From the IMG/VR virus record IMGVR_UViG_3300032307_000587: a DNA stretch of 64,000 bases, one strand, 5' to 3'. Position 1 is the stretch's first letter. Each line of letters opens with the position of its first letter. The position numbers were made by a program, and so were the translations under genes. Source of the stretch: an uncultured virus (IMG/VR IMGVR_UViG_3300032307_000587). Lineage: Duplodnaviria > Heunggongvirae > Uroviricota > Caudoviricetes. The notes beneath the pieces were generated by a model. The model saw only the letters and a list, made by a program, of their open reading frames with translations, had not been told where the DNA came from and did not search any database. Shown here piece by piece: positions 28,151-37,679 of this stretch.

Positions 28151-30342
28151 AGTTATATAAAGCCGACTTAAAAAATACAATGTTTTGGGAAATTCTACCT
28201 GATAAGTTTAAGGAATTAAACGAGGGGAATGAATTTTTTACATTTTTTTATATGTATAGCAACGAAAAAAGTGAAATAGTTGGAGTTGACTTAAATACAC
28301 AGAAAATTGTACCAAATATTAGTGTTAAAATATACAAAGGCGCACCATTTTCATACCGATTAGGCTATTTTCAATATCCTATGGATTCTCAAAATACTTT
28401 ATTTTATCAATTTTTAAGATACCATTGCAGAAATTCTCAAAAAGTTGAAGTTAGTGACTTGAATGAATATTTTAAATCGTTAAAAATACAAGATTTGGAA
28501 GCGGTAAATGAAAAGTATGAAAATACGTTAAATAACAATGTTTTTAAAGTTTACAACAGAGATAATTTTGTAAATGCAATTGATAGGTTTTTATACGTTT
28601 CAAATGAAGTAAAAACAAATACACTATCAATATTTGACTCGATTGATACTTACTGCAAAAACACTTTTAACAAAAGTTTGTATGGTGAAAATCTTATAAA
28701 AATAGTTAAGGCGGTTAAAAACCCTAATGGGGGTTTAGTTCCTGATACAAATGCAAAATTAAGGTATATGTATGTTGGCGAAAATTCTGCATTAATGAAA
28801 GATGAAAAATCGGAATACGCCCAATCACTTGAGGTTGCTAAAGATATGTTTAGAAATAGATTTGATTCTAACGAAATATTTTTAAAAACAAAGTGGTTTT
28901 ACAATTCATTTGACAATAAGTGGAGGATGCCTATATTTGATAAGGATTTTAAAATAAATGACATGACTCTTAGTAGCTTATTTATGACCAACAATAGTGT
29001 TTTTATTAATGAAAAAGACAAAATACAAAGTGCGGTTTATAATAAAAATAATAATGCTATTGTAAATTATGTTAATCAAGGCTATGATGTACATTTAGGG
29101 GATGTTGTTTCACATCCTACGCTTTTTAAACATTATCCTGAATTATTTAACATACCGACATTTTTTCTACTTAACGATATTAACGATTATAGTTTTTATT
29201 TTTCGCCCAATCCAAAATATATTATGATGTTTGGGAACCCTACCGATATGGATATTAGGGAAACATTCATACATGAAATACAACACGCAATTCAAGATAT
29301 TGAAAACTATGGAACGGGAGGTAATCTTTACATTGCAGACTTAATAAACAGTATAGGTGGTGAAAGTTTAAAAGAATATTTATTCAAAAAGCAATTAGCA
29401 TATAGGTTATTTGAAAAAGAAATAAAATCAAGTGTAAATTTATGGTTTGAAGAGTATAAAGTTAGTGGACTACAAGAAATAGATTCATTAAAATCTTTAA
29501 ACATTAATACAAAAGAAGATTTTATAAGCAATCTGAAAAAAATATTTAATGTAATTTCAATAATATATACAAGTACCCAAAATTCTAACGGAGTGAGGGT
29601 GATTGAATTGTTTGTGCCATCTGATATTATATCAATATTAAAGGAGTTAAGAGAGATACACGCATCAATAAGATTGTTGCATAGCAAACTTAGGTCACAA
29701 GGTTATACTGATTATGAAATATCAAGAATACAATTTCAAACTTATGAATATTTATCGGGGGAAATTGAATCAAGAAATGTTCAGCAAATATCTATGATTG
29801 ATGAAGTTTTAAGCGATTATTTTGCCCCTTTAACATCGGAAGCTATTCAAAGAGATAAAGTTTCTGTAATTTATGATGAATTAATATCTGACGAAAAATT
29901 TCCTGATAAAGTAAAAGGTGCATTGGAGCGTACCAAAAGTGGCTTATATATAATCCATTTAACAGAAGGCAATTCACCCAAAACGATATTACACGAAATA
30001 GGTCATTTCATCCACGATATGATTGATTCACAACATTTTAATGAAAAGTATGTAGAAAAGGAAATATTAAAGAATATGGGTGGTATTGATATTGAAAACA
30101 ATCCATCTATAATTGGCGAAGTTTTTGTAGATTTGCTATTGTCTTACATTGCTAAATTAAATTTATCAAAAGAGTTTACGGATGAAATATCTGAAAATTT
30201 AAAATATCCAAATGTAGAATTGTTTAAAAAAGAATTTGATGAAATATTTTTAGCAAAAGAAAACACTACATTTGATGCTAAGATGATGGAATACTTAAAA
30301 TACTTAAAAGAATTAAATAATTTAATAGACTATAATGGTTAA
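28147..30342 (+). CDS. Polyvalent protein with LPD23-like region and two HEXXH zincin motifs
   Basis: T.WF...DNKWR, H..LF..YPEL, HEIQHAIQ..E....GG, GE.ESRNVQ, second HEIGH. Confidence 0.7.
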   Translation: MKLYKADLKNTMFWEILPDKFKELNEGNEFFTFFYMYSNEKSEIVGVDLNTQKIVPNISVKIYKGAPFSYRLGYFQYPMDSQNTLFYQFLRYHCRNSQKVEVSDLNEYFKSLKIQDLEAVNEKYENTLNNNVFKVYNRDNFVNAIDRFLYVSNEVKTNTLSIFDSIDTYCKNTFNKSLYGENLIKIVKAVKNPNGGLVPDTNAKLRYMYVGENSALMKDEKSEYAQSLEVAKDMFRNRFDSNEIFLKTKWFYNSFDNKWRMPIFDKDFKINDMTLSSLFMTNNSVFINEKDKIQSAVYNKNNNAIVNYVNQGYDVHLGDVVSHPTLFKHYPELFNIPTFFLLNDINDYSFYFSPNPKYIMMFGNPTDMDIRETFIHEIQHAIQDIENYGTGGNLYIADLINSIGGESLKEYLFKKQLAYRLFEKEIKSSVNLWFEEYKVSGLQEIDSLKSLNINTKEDFISNLKKIFNVISIIYTSTQNSNGVRVIELFVPSDIISILKELREIHASIRLLHSKLRSQGYTDYEISRIQFQTYEYLSGEIESRNVQQISMIDEVLSDYFAPLTSEAIQRDKVSVIYDELISDEKFPDKVKGALERTKSGLYIIHLTEGNSPKTILHEIGHFIHDMIDSQHFNEKYVEKEILKNMGGIDIENNPSIIGEVFVDLLLSYIAKLNLSKEFTDEISENLKYPNVELFKKEFDEIFLAKENTTFDAKMMEYLKYLKELNNLIDYNG

Positions 30343-31402
30343 TGATATTGACGATATTGAAGAAATAGAAGTTGAAACCGATTCAGTTGGCGAAAATGGA
30401 CAACAAGGCGTTGGCAAAAGAGGTCAAGGTCAAGGCGAAGGTGAGGGTGAAGGTGAGGGAGAAGGTCAGGGAGAAGGCGAAGGTGAGGGTGAGGGAGAGG
30501 GCGAAGGAGAAGGAGAAGGAGAAGGAGAAGGCGAAGGTGAGGGAGAAGGTGAGGGAGAGGGTGAGGGAGAGGGTGAGGGAGAGGGCGAAGGAGAAGGAGA
30601 AGGAGAGGGCGAAGGAGAGGGCGAAGGAGAAGGAGAAGGAGAAGGCGAAGGAGAAGGCGAAGGAGAAGGTGAGGGAGAAGGTGAGGGAGAAACGGAACCT
30701 ACATTTGATTCATTAACTCAAAAAATATTCTTTGACATTTCTATGGAGTTTATAAATAAAGGTTATGTATCAAGACAAACAAAAGAGATAGATTTGTTTG
30801 GGGAGGTATTGTTCGGTGACTTTTATGGCAAAATAGACTTTTTTACACCTTACAATAAAAAGACCGTTTCACAAATAAATAAAATGCTTAAAGGTCAATC
30901 AACTTATGAAGATTTAGTTGAGTTGGATAGGCTTGTAGCGAAAAGGACATTGGATTTTATGTGGAATAATGGCGAATATTTTGATGTTGAAAAATCTTAT
31001 GGAGCAATATTAAGAGATGTTTTGCGTGACTTAGGGGCTTTTAACTTTATGAACTTTGAGTACAACATTAAAGTCGGGTCACTTACCGAAGTGTTTAATT
31101 CATTTTATAGCAACGATACAATGACAATTTTCTACAATAATCCTATATTAAGAATTAATATGTATTTGTTTTTAATTTTGGGTAAAGATAAAATTTTAAC
31201 TAATTTTGTGTCATTATATACAAATGATGAAGAATTGGATAAGTTGTGGAAATTATTACATTCTCTAAAAATAGGAACTATGCCATACAGAGAAGACAAA
31301 GAAATTTGGGCGTTAAGACACACAGATTATCCTAAATACAATGAATATATTTCAAAAAAATACTTACAACAATTAGAATTATTTAACAATGCAATTATAT
31401 AA
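30335..31402 (+). CDS. Hypothetical protein with N-terminal acidic (GE)n tract
   Basis: 355 aa; about 45 G(E/Q) dipeptides then a globular domain. Confidence 0.7.
   Translation: MVNDIDDIEEIEVETDSVGENGQQGVGKRGQGQGEGEGEGEGEGQGEGEGEGEGEGEGEGEGEGEGEGEGEGEGEGEGEGEGEGEGEGEGEGEGEGEGEGEGEGEGEGEGEGEGEGEGETEPTFDSLTQKIFFDISMEFINKGYVSRQTKEIDLFGEVLFGDFYGKIDFFTPYNKKTVSQINKMLKGQSTYEDLVELDRLVAKRTLDFMWNNGEYFDVEKSYGAILRDVLRDLGAFNFMNFEYNIKVGSLTEVFNSFYSNDTMTIFYNNPILRINMYLFLILGKDKILTNFVSLYTNDEELDKLWKLLHSLKIGTMPYREDKEIWALRHTDYPKYNEYISKKYLQQLELFNNAII
30422..30691 (+). repeat. Coding hexamer repeat GGN-GAR, (Gly-Glu) x about 45
   Basis: Synonymously varied ggc/ggt/gga + gaa/gag units. Confidence 0.95.
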
Positions 31403-31787
31403 AACAAAAAAACTTATCGAAAATGGCGTTAATTTTAATGCTATATATACTCAAAAGCAAGGTAAGGTAAAAGAAATTACGGGGCTTTCATTTAGTTTGG
31501 CAAACATAGTGACATTTCTAAAAGGACAAACAAGTAATTTTACCGTTCAAAACTCACTTGCTTTTGATGTGGATGCGCAAATTTACTCAATATACACTAA
31601 ATGGTTAAATGAAACAGACAATGCGCCCAAACCCGCAGTAGAGCCTGAAAACGAAGATGTGAAAAAGTTAATGTTAGAGCTTTCAGACTTAAATGAGTTA
31701 CTTGAAATGGAGGATGATGAGCAAATGATTAAAAAAATTAAAACTGAAATTTCAGATTTGAATGAATTAATTGAATTATCAAAATAA
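31389..31787 (+). CDS. Hypothetical protein with duplicated C-terminal helix
   Basis: ELSDLNELLE / EISDLNELIE repeat. Confidence 0.6.
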   Translation: MQLYKTKKLIENGVNFNAIYTQKQGKVKEITGLSFSLANIVTFLKGQTSNFTVQNSLAFDVDAQIYSIYTKWLNETDNAPKPAVEPENEDVKKLMLELSDLNELLEMEDDEQMIKKIKTEISDLNELIELSK

Positions 31788-31810
31788 AATAACAATAAAA
31801 TAAAAATAAA

Positions 31811-32857
31811 ATGGAACAAGAATTAATCGACAAATACAGAAGAATATATCGTGAAACGACAAATGCGTTAGCGAAAGAAACTGCAAAGAAAAAACTTGAA
31901 GAAGCGGGTGTGCCTTTGACCGAAGAAAAAGCAAAAGCTACCCCAAGCGAACCTAAAAAAAAAGCTGAACCCAAAGCAAAAGCTGAACCCAAAGCAAAGG
32001 CTGAACCTAAAGCCAAAGCAGAGCCTAAAAAACCTACAAGCGCAAGTAAGGATGATTACGATTGTGATGATTTAATTAAACAAGCTAAAGAGCGTAAAGC
32101 AAAGGCAAAAGCAAATGCTCAAAAGAGAGCCAATGCGCCTAAGAAAACTCCCGCAACAAAAAATAAAGAAGCGGTTGAAAAAACAACTACAAAAGTTGAA
32201 AAGAGCGTTGAATCAAGAGCCAAAAAAGGTGAAGTAAAAGTTGCTGAACTTGAAAAACTAATTGCTGAATACGAAGAGGCTATTAAAAAGTTAAAATCGT
32301 TGTTATCTAAAGTTAAGTCAGGTAAAAAGTTTGCCAAAGGTGGTAATATGGATATGATGGATGCCGAAGATTCAAGAGAATATAATAGAATAAAAGACCA
32401 TAATTGCGGTTGCGGAGATAAGAAAATGGCTAAAGGCGGTACAACCGAATCCTCTGACAGAAAGTATAGTGCTTTAAAATCAGGTAAAAGAACATCAAGA
32501 AAATATGCATCTGTTGAAATGCGTGGCGGTGGTGTTTATCACAGACGAAACGCTAATCAATATGGTAAGGTAAAAGGTGGTAAAACGTACTATGAATATA
32601 GTGAAAATAGAACCGATTCAAAAAGGTATTTAGAAAAAGGCGGTAATTTATCTTCAAAAGAAAGTTTACTATTTTTTGTGGAAAATGAAATGAGTTCAGG
32701 TATGATTGCAAACAAGTGTGATTATAGTGACTATAAAACAATTGATAAAATTAAAGCAGAAATGGTGAATATACTGAAATCAGATGGAGATAGAAAATAC
32801 TCAATTGCCGAAACAAACAAACTTGTTTCAAAAGCGGTAAAAAACTTAGGATTATAA
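31811..32857 (+). CDS. Basic, histone-H1-like protein with GG-delimited modules
   Basis: KAEPKA repeats; FAKGG, MAKGG, LEKGG linkers; module shared with 47899..48891. Confidence 0.65.
   Translation: MEQELIDKYRRIYRETTNALAKETAKKKLEEAGVPLTEEKAKATPSEPKKKAEPKAKAEPKAKAEPKAKAEPKKPTSASKDDYDCDDLIKQAKERKAKAKANAQKRANAPKKTPATKNKEAVEKTTTKVEKSVESRAKKGEVKVAELEKLIAEYEEAIKKLKSLLSKVKSGKKFAKGGNMDMMDAEDSREYNRIKDHNCGCGDKKMAKGGTTESSDRKYSALKSGKRTSRKYASVEMRGGGVYHRRNANQYGKVKGGKTYYEYSENRTDSKRYLEKGGNLSSKESLLFFVENEMSSGMIANKCDYSDYKTIDKIKAEMVNILKSDGDRKYSIAETNKLVSKAVKNLGL
31961..32032 (+). repeat. 18-nt coding tandem repeat (KAEPKA x4)
   Basis: aaagctgaacccaaagca x2 plus two synonymous variants. Confidence 0.85.
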
Positions 32858-32881
32858 AACAACCAAATAAAATAAATAAAT

Positions 32882-33388
32882 ATGCAGTACGCTTATCAAA
32901 AATTAATGGCAGAGAATAATTTAACTCTTGCCGAATTACCCGAAGATGCCAAATTAGGAATCGAAGCAATCAAAAACATTGAAAAAGCCGTTAATATGGC
33001 TGAAAAAAGTGGCAAAAAAGTAAGTCCTCAAACAATGGCTAAAATCAAAGCAAATGACAAATGGGTTGTTCGTGAAATTTTAGACTACATTGATGATGAA
33101 GATAAAAATGATGATGAAATGCCACACGATGATGATGAAATCATTGATGAAATTAATGATGCTAACAATCCAAAAAAGCAATTAGGGTTTACAGTAGAAG
33201 CAGAGTTGGAAAAGATGTTTTTAACCAATGAGAAGGAATTTGAATTGGCTGAAATAAAAAGAATTGCTCCGACCACTTATGGTGTAATTTTTGATGGGTT
33301 TGATGATGATGGAGATAATGGCGTAGAAACAAATAAGTACAGACTTATTGAAACCGATGATGAAATTTTCACTTTAACAAAAAAATAG
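32882..33388 (+). CDS. Acidic hypothetical protein
   Basis: 168-aa ORF. Confidence 0.6.
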   Translation: MQYAYQKLMAENNLTLAELPEDAKLGIEAIKNIEKAVNMAEKSGKKVSPQTMAKIKANDKWVVREILDYIDDEDKNDDEMPHDDDEIIDEINDANNPKKQLGFTVEAELEKMFLTNEKEFELAEIKRIAPTTYGVIFDGFDDDGDNGVETNKYRLIETDDEIFTLTKK

Positions 33389-33389
33389 T

Positions 33390-33557
33390 ATGGTAACAAA
33401 ATTCGACACAACAAGTTCAGGCACTCAAAGTAGTGGTGGAGGTAGCACAAAATTGGTTTTAATAGTTTTAGGATTAGCCCTTGCGGGTTATGGCTATTAC
33501 AAATTTGTTTATCTACCAAAAAAGGAAAAAGAAGAACAATCTAAACAAGATGGATAA
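33390..33557 (+). CDS. Small single-TM protein (55 aa, not in ORF track)
   Basis: MVTKFDTTSSG...LVLIVLGLALAGYGYYKF. Confidence 0.6.
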   Translation: MVTKFDTTSSGTQSSGGGSTKLVLIVLGLALAGYGYYKFVYLPKKEKEEQSKQDG

Positions 33558-33753
33558 AGTAGATTTACTACAAAATAACAGAATAAACCTTGCTATTGCG
33601 CTTATTACGGGAATAGGCGCAATAACGGGGGTTCTATTGTACTTAGAGCAAAAAAAACATAGTACAATTCAAAAGGAAATAATGGACTTAGATAAAAATA
33701 TCAAGGAACTTCAATTGCGCCAATTAAAAAATGGCAAATCAAATGCCTCATAG
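33550..33753 (+). CDS. Small single-TM coiled-coil protein (start moved to ATG 33550)
   Basis: LAIALITGIGAITGVLLYL then heptad repeats. Confidence 0.55.
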   Translation: MDKVDLLQNNRINLAIALITGIGAITGVLLYLEQKKHSTIQKEIMDLDKNIKELQLRQLKNGKSNAS

Positions 33754-34030
33754 TCTTACATCAATAGTAATATCGGCAGCTAAAAGATTGGGAGCGGTTT
33801 TTGTCCGTTCTAAAAACGACATATTCAATTCGGGTGCAATAGTCTATGAAATAAAAGATGATTGCCTTTATATTCGTAAGCCATTTTTAGACGAAGAAAA
33901 TACAACGTGTTCAACTATGCTTAGTAGCGGTTGGTATCGCTCCCAACTCAATGAAGATATTCCATTTGGAGAATATGAAATGGAAGAAGATAGCACCGAA
34001 GATGTTAAAATATTCTACTTAGTTAAATAG
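33731..34030 (+). CDS. Hypothetical protein
   Basis: 99-aa ORF ending the + strand operon. Confidence 0.5.
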   Translation: MANQMPHSLTSIVISAAKRLGAVFVRSKNDIFNSGAIVYEIKDDCLYIRKPFLDEENTTCSTMLSSGWYRSQLNEDIPFGEYEMEEDSTEDVKIFYLVK

Positions 34031-34307
34031 TCCTTTCAATCGTTAGAAGTGTTGCAGTAGTGTACCAACGATTATTCTTTTTATTACTACTCAAATAATA
34101 AGTTACTACAACTTTTTCGCCAATTAAATAACCCTTTATTAATTCTAAAAATAAATCGGTTTTCATACAAAAACTTGCAAATCTTTTATTTTCGTGACCA
34201 ATCTTTAAAGTAAGGTTTGAGAATCGTTCATCATTTTCTATTTCATGGATTAATCCGATGATTTTATTAAAAAATAATTGTTTCCCATTCTTATTGAAAT
34301 CGCCCAT
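34023..34307 (-). CDS. DUF3127-like OB-fold protein (Bacteroidota type)
   Basis: GEKVVVTYYLSS....RWYTTA; own TACCTTTG promoter at 34316-34323 (-); start moved to ATG 34307. Confidence 0.5.
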   Translation of the reverse strand: MGDFNKNGKQLFFNKIIGLIHEIENDERFSNLTLKIGHENKRFASFCMKTDLFLELIKGYLIGEKVVVTYYLSSNKKNNRWYTTATLLTIERTI

Positions 34308-34395
34308 ACAATTTACAAAGGTAATATTATTTACATAAAAGAAAAATACTTGAAAAAACAATAACTTTCTTGCATTTTCCGAATCCTAATTAAAT

Positions 34396-34423
34396 AAAAA
34401 ACCCCTCGTAAAAAGGGGCTTTT
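34396..34423 (-). terminator. Intrinsic terminator downstream of the tRNA
   Basis: On - strand GCCCCT-loop-AGGGGT followed by a T-run. Confidence 0.6.
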
Positions 34424-34481
34424 AATCTTTAAAAAAACCATTTTATTCGTTTCGTAAAAAAGTTTGACAGGCATTTTTTAG

Positions 34482-34554
34482 TTGCGGGTATGGGGGTCGA
34501 ACCCATTGTTCATAGGTTATGAGCCTATTGTGTAAGCCGTTTCACTCACCCGCA
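34482..34554 (-). tRNA. tRNA-Met (anticodon CAT; Ile2 not excluded); CCA not encoded
   Basis: TGCGGGT/ACCCGCA acceptor, ATAGG-CTCATAA-CCTAT anticodon arm, ATGGG-TTCGACC-CCCAT T arm. Confidence 0.9.
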
Positions 34555-34557
34555 CCG

Positions 34558-34565
34558 CAAATATA
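34558..34565 (-). promoter_or_regulatory. -7 element (TATATTTG) immediately 5' of the tRNA
   Basis: TAnnTTTG ending 3 nt before tRNA base 1; divergent TATTTTTG at 34617-34624 (+). Confidence 0.6.
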
Positions 34566-34646
34566 AATATTTTATTAAGAATTATATAATTATTTTTTTT
34601 TGTACAAGTATTTGTATATTTTTGTACAAAATATGTTAATCTCGTA

Positions 34647-35087
34647 ATGCAAGATAGCGCAGAAATAGAACATTTCTTTAGTAATATCCAAAAGGGGCTA
34701 AAAATGTACTCACTAAAAGAGTTCAATAGCGCAATTAAGGATATTATAAACACTAAGGGCGACAACAAAAAGGATGATATTAAATACACGCTTAATTTAG
34801 TTTGTACTCATTATAATATATCTATTCAAAGTCTTATGGGAAAAGACAATAGGGGTACAATAGTAGATGCAAAACAAGTTGCTTATTGTTTGTTGTATTT
34901 CGATTTAAAAATATCGGTAAAAAGTATTTCTAAAAACATTTTTTACAATTGGCGTAATTCCGTTTATCGTGGCATAAATAGATTGAAAACCATAAACACA
35001 AACATAAAAGAAGATGAAATATTTTCTAACAATTATAAAGCAATCAGAGAAAAACTCATTTTATACAAAAGCAATAACACAAAATAA
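34647..35087 (+). CDS. DnaA C-terminal (domain IV)-like HTH protein
   Basis: VC.HYNIS...L.GK..R..IV.AKQVA..L....S...I....NSV..GI..L. Confidence 0.6.
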   Translation: MQDSAEIEHFFSNIQKGLKMYSLKEFNSAIKDIINTKGDNKKDDIKYTLNLVCTHYNISIQSLMGKDNRGTIVDAKQVAYCLLYFDLKISVKSISKNIFYNWRNSVYRGINRLKTINTNIKEDEIFSNNYKAIREKLILYKSNNTK

Positions 35088-35089
35088 GT

Positions 35090-36241
35090 ATGGCATTAAA
35101 AATTTATAGCAAATTAGGTAAACTAAACTACAAAGAAAAAAAGTTAGTTTCACAACTTCAAGATGTATTCGCAAAGAAGTTAGAAGAAAACCCTTCATTT
35201 ACGATTGAACCCGCAACAAATTATAATGAGTTGCAAAATATGTTCTATCAGTATGGCGTAGATGATGCTAAGTTTGAAGATATAAAACCCGAAAAAGGAG
35301 GTAAAACAGAATCAACAAAAGATACTTCAAGCCCATTTGATGATGATGATGATACATTCGTTGACCCTATGAATAGAGAAGAGCCTATTGTAAGGGATTA
35401 TGTAATGAACAATGAGTTTGGGGGCGGGGCATCAACTTCAACAACACAACAAACTGAATTTGGTGAACCAATGAGTTTTGAAGAGTCATTTCAGTTTCCA
35501 ACAGAAGAACCAACAGAAAATGGTGGAGGTCAAAGAGGTCAAGCTACTAATCAAAATCAGAATGTAGAAAAAAGACCGAAACAAGCCCCAATAAATCCTG
35601 ACTTTGATGAAATGTCAAATGGGCGCAAAAGGAAGTCAACTAAAAAGTTTGCGAAGTACATTGTTAGTGCCGTTGCTATGCTTCAAGAAAGAGGTTTTGA
35701 GTGGTATGCGACTAAAGAAATAAATGAGCCAAAACTTTTAGAATATGAATTGAACAATGAAATGGATTTGTCGTTGTTGTTATCTTTAGAGAATGGTCAA
35801 GAAGTAACAATCAAACAATTCTTTAAAGGTCAATGTGAAGTTGCTAAACAGTTGTCTAAAATTGATGAAAGCAAACTACAAGATTTGTCAGATGTTCTTG
35901 CAGAAGTAATGATGGAAAAAGGCGTTGCGCCAACACCACAACAAGAATTAATGTTAATAGGAGGTAGTATTCTTGCAGAACAAGTTCTGAAAATGATTGC
36001 ATTCAATACTCAAATTAAAGGCGTTTTGAATCAATTGAGAAATATGAATAGCGGGAACAACTCAAATACACCACCACCGCAACAAACACCACCGCCACCA
36101 CAACCTGAAAGAAGAGAGCCTGAACCGAAACCTGAACCAATTACATATACAGAAGAACCCGTTGCTACTCAACCGCAAGAAGGTGATTTTGATGAATTAG
36201 AGTTGATGATATTAAATAACCCGATTGAAACAAAAGAGTAA
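35090..36241 (+). CDS. Hypothetical acidic/Pro-rich protein in the packaging-ATPase operon
   Basis: 383 aa, disordered segments, hydrophobic PTPQQELMLIGGSILA; possible packaging accessory. Confidence 0.6.
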   Translation: MALKIYSKLGKLNYKEKKLVSQLQDVFAKKLEENPSFTIEPATNYNELQNMFYQYGVDDAKFEDIKPEKGGKTESTKDTSSPFDDDDDTFVDPMNREEPIVRDYVMNNEFGGGASTSTTQQTEFGEPMSFEESFQFPTEEPTENGGGQRGQATNQNQNVEKRPKQAPINPDFDEMSNGRKRKSTKKFAKYIVSAVAMLQERGFEWYATKEINEPKLLEYELNNEMDLSLLLSLENGQEVTIKQFFKGQCEVAKQLSKIDESKLQDLSDVLAEVMMEKGVAPTPQQELMLIGGSILAEQVLKMIAFNTQIKGVLNQLRNMNSGNNSNTPPPQQTPPPPQPERREPEPKPEPITYTEEPVATQPQEGDFDELELMILNNPIETKE

Positions 36242-36825
36242 TGAATAAGCACGACTACATAATGAGTTTAGTTGATAGACCTTCTGCATGGGTAGGTCAT
36301 GGTGCATTTGCTATCAACTTAGTGGAACAAATGAAGCCCGAAATTATAGTAGATTTAGGAGTTGATTATGGGTTTTCAACATTTTGTTTCGCTTATCATA
36401 AAATGGGTCAAGTATTCGGAGTAGATTGGTTTCAGGGTGATGAACAAGCGGGATTCAGAGATACAATGAATGACGTTTTGCAAAGATATGAATTGCTTAA
36501 AAATAAGTTCGGAATTAACAACATTGAATTTATTAAAAGTGATTTTACACAGTTATCGAAAAAGTGGGAGTATAACATTGATATTTTACATATTGATGGA
36601 TTACACACCTACGAAGCGGTAAAAAATGATTTCGACTCATGGATAGAATTTGTTGATATAAATGGGGTTGTTTTATTCCATGATGTCGAGTCATATAGTC
36701 ACACAGTAGGTGCTTTTTTTAATGAAATAAAAGGAGGCTACAAAATTATAAGAAGCGGAAGTGCGGGATTAGGTATATTTACAAAGTCTGAAAAAACAAT
36801 GAGAAAAATACAACATATCTTATGA
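36241..36825 (+). CDS. Class I SAM methyltransferase (Methyltransf_24-like)
   Basis: VDLGVDYGFS, IDILHIDGLHTYEAVKNDF, GVVLFHD. Confidence 0.85.
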   Translation: MNKHDYIMSLVDRPSAWVGHGAFAINLVEQMKPEIIVDLGVDYGFSTFCFAYHKMGQVFGVDWFQGDEQAGFRDTMNDVLQRYELLKNKFGINNIEFIKSDFTQLSKKWEYNIDILHIDGLHTYEAVKNDFDSWIEFVDINGVVLFHDVESYSHTVGAFFNEIKGGYKIIRSGSAGLGIFTKSEKTMRKIQHIL

Positions 36826-37676
36826 AAAAAGTCGAAACAAAACAAATAAAACAAAGAGAGGCGGGAATGATGGTTTGTACGGGAGTACAAGGCGTTGGTA
36901 AAACATATCAAAATATGCACTCAATCAAAGAGTATGTAAAGGATAAGTTCTACAACAAAGTTAAAGGTCGAAAATGCTTAATTTTTGATACCAACGGGGA
37001 ATATACAAGGGAACAATTTGAGCGCAATGATATTGAGAATTTTGAACCTAAAAGAATTGCTCTAAAAGACATCCAAGCGTGGAGTATGGCAAACCTATCT
37101 GAATGTAGAAGAATTGATGCCAAAAATGTAGGTATTAAAGAGAAAAAAGAGATACTTGAATTTCTATTAAAGAATTACAGAAACGGTATGCTTGTTATTG
37201 AGGATATAAACACTTATATCTTACAAATGACACACATGGAAGAAATTGTAGGGGGATTGGTAAATTTAAGACATAGAGCGGTTGACATACTTATTTCTTA
37301 TCAGTCATTAAGACCCGTTGAACCTCGTATTTGGCAAAATGCAAGATGGATTCGTATGCACTACCAAGCGGATAACGTAAATGACATTAAAGGTAAGGTA
37401 AATAACCCAACAATGATGAAGATTGCGCAACTGATTGTTAATAACAGATACTATAATGGCGACAAGCGGTTTTTCGTGTTCATACATAGCTTTGCTAACA
37501 AGATAGAGGGTAAGTTCACCAAACAAGAATTTATGGATGCTTGTAGGCAATATTTGAACTCAAACAAAAAGTACATTAAAGAGTACAAAGAAATGCACAA
37601 TGTAAGTGATGAAGAGTCAATAAACGGGCAAAGTAAACTATTTTTTGACCAATATTACGGAAATAAAATTAAGTAA
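36822..37676 (+). CDS. A32/P9-like FtsK-HerA genome packaging ATPase
   Basis: GVQGVGKT Walker A, LIFDTNGEY, LVIED Walker B, RH....hhhhQ (LRHRAVDILISYQ), then NA; about 280 aa with no nuclease domain. Confidence 0.8.
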   Translation: MKKVETKQIKQREAGMMVCTGVQGVGKTYQNMHSIKEYVKDKFYNKVKGRKCLIFDTNGEYTREQFERNDIENFEPKRIALKDIQAWSMANLSECRRIDAKNVGIKEKKEILEFLLKNYRNGMLVIEDINTYILQMTHMEEIVGGLVNLRHRAVDILISYQSLRPVEPRIWQNARWIRMHYQADNVNDIKGKVNNPTMMKIAQLIVNNRYYNGDKRFFVFIHSFANKIEGKFTKQEFMDACRQYLNSNKKYIKEYKEMHNVSDEESINGQSKLFFDQYYGNKIK

Positions 37677-37679
37677 AGT

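Noticed and set aside
30422..30691. Possible CRISPR array or non-coding satellite
   Set aside because: No unique spacers; in-frame coding repeat. I saw no repeat-spacer array or cas gene in the window
30372..30716. 114-aa K/E/R-rich ORF
   Set aside because: Alternative-frame shadow of the GGN-GAR repeat; synonymous variation fits the Gly-Glu frame
3096..33388. Stop-codon reassignment (TAG read-through) as in some Bacteroidota phages
   Set aside because: TAG stops at 3096, 8771, 13455 and 33388 end complete-looking genes and are followed at once by new ATGs; coding density is already high under code 11; no suppressor tRNA seen
34482..34554. tRNA as prophage attachment site or host-phage junction
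   Set aside because: No integrase and no duplicated tRNA 3' end; phage-like genes continue on both sides
36822..37676. Terminase large subunit or conjugative VirB4/TraG ATPase
   Set aside because: Too short, no RNase H-like nuclease domain, no T4SS genes; the RH...Q motif fits FtsK-HerA packaging ATPases
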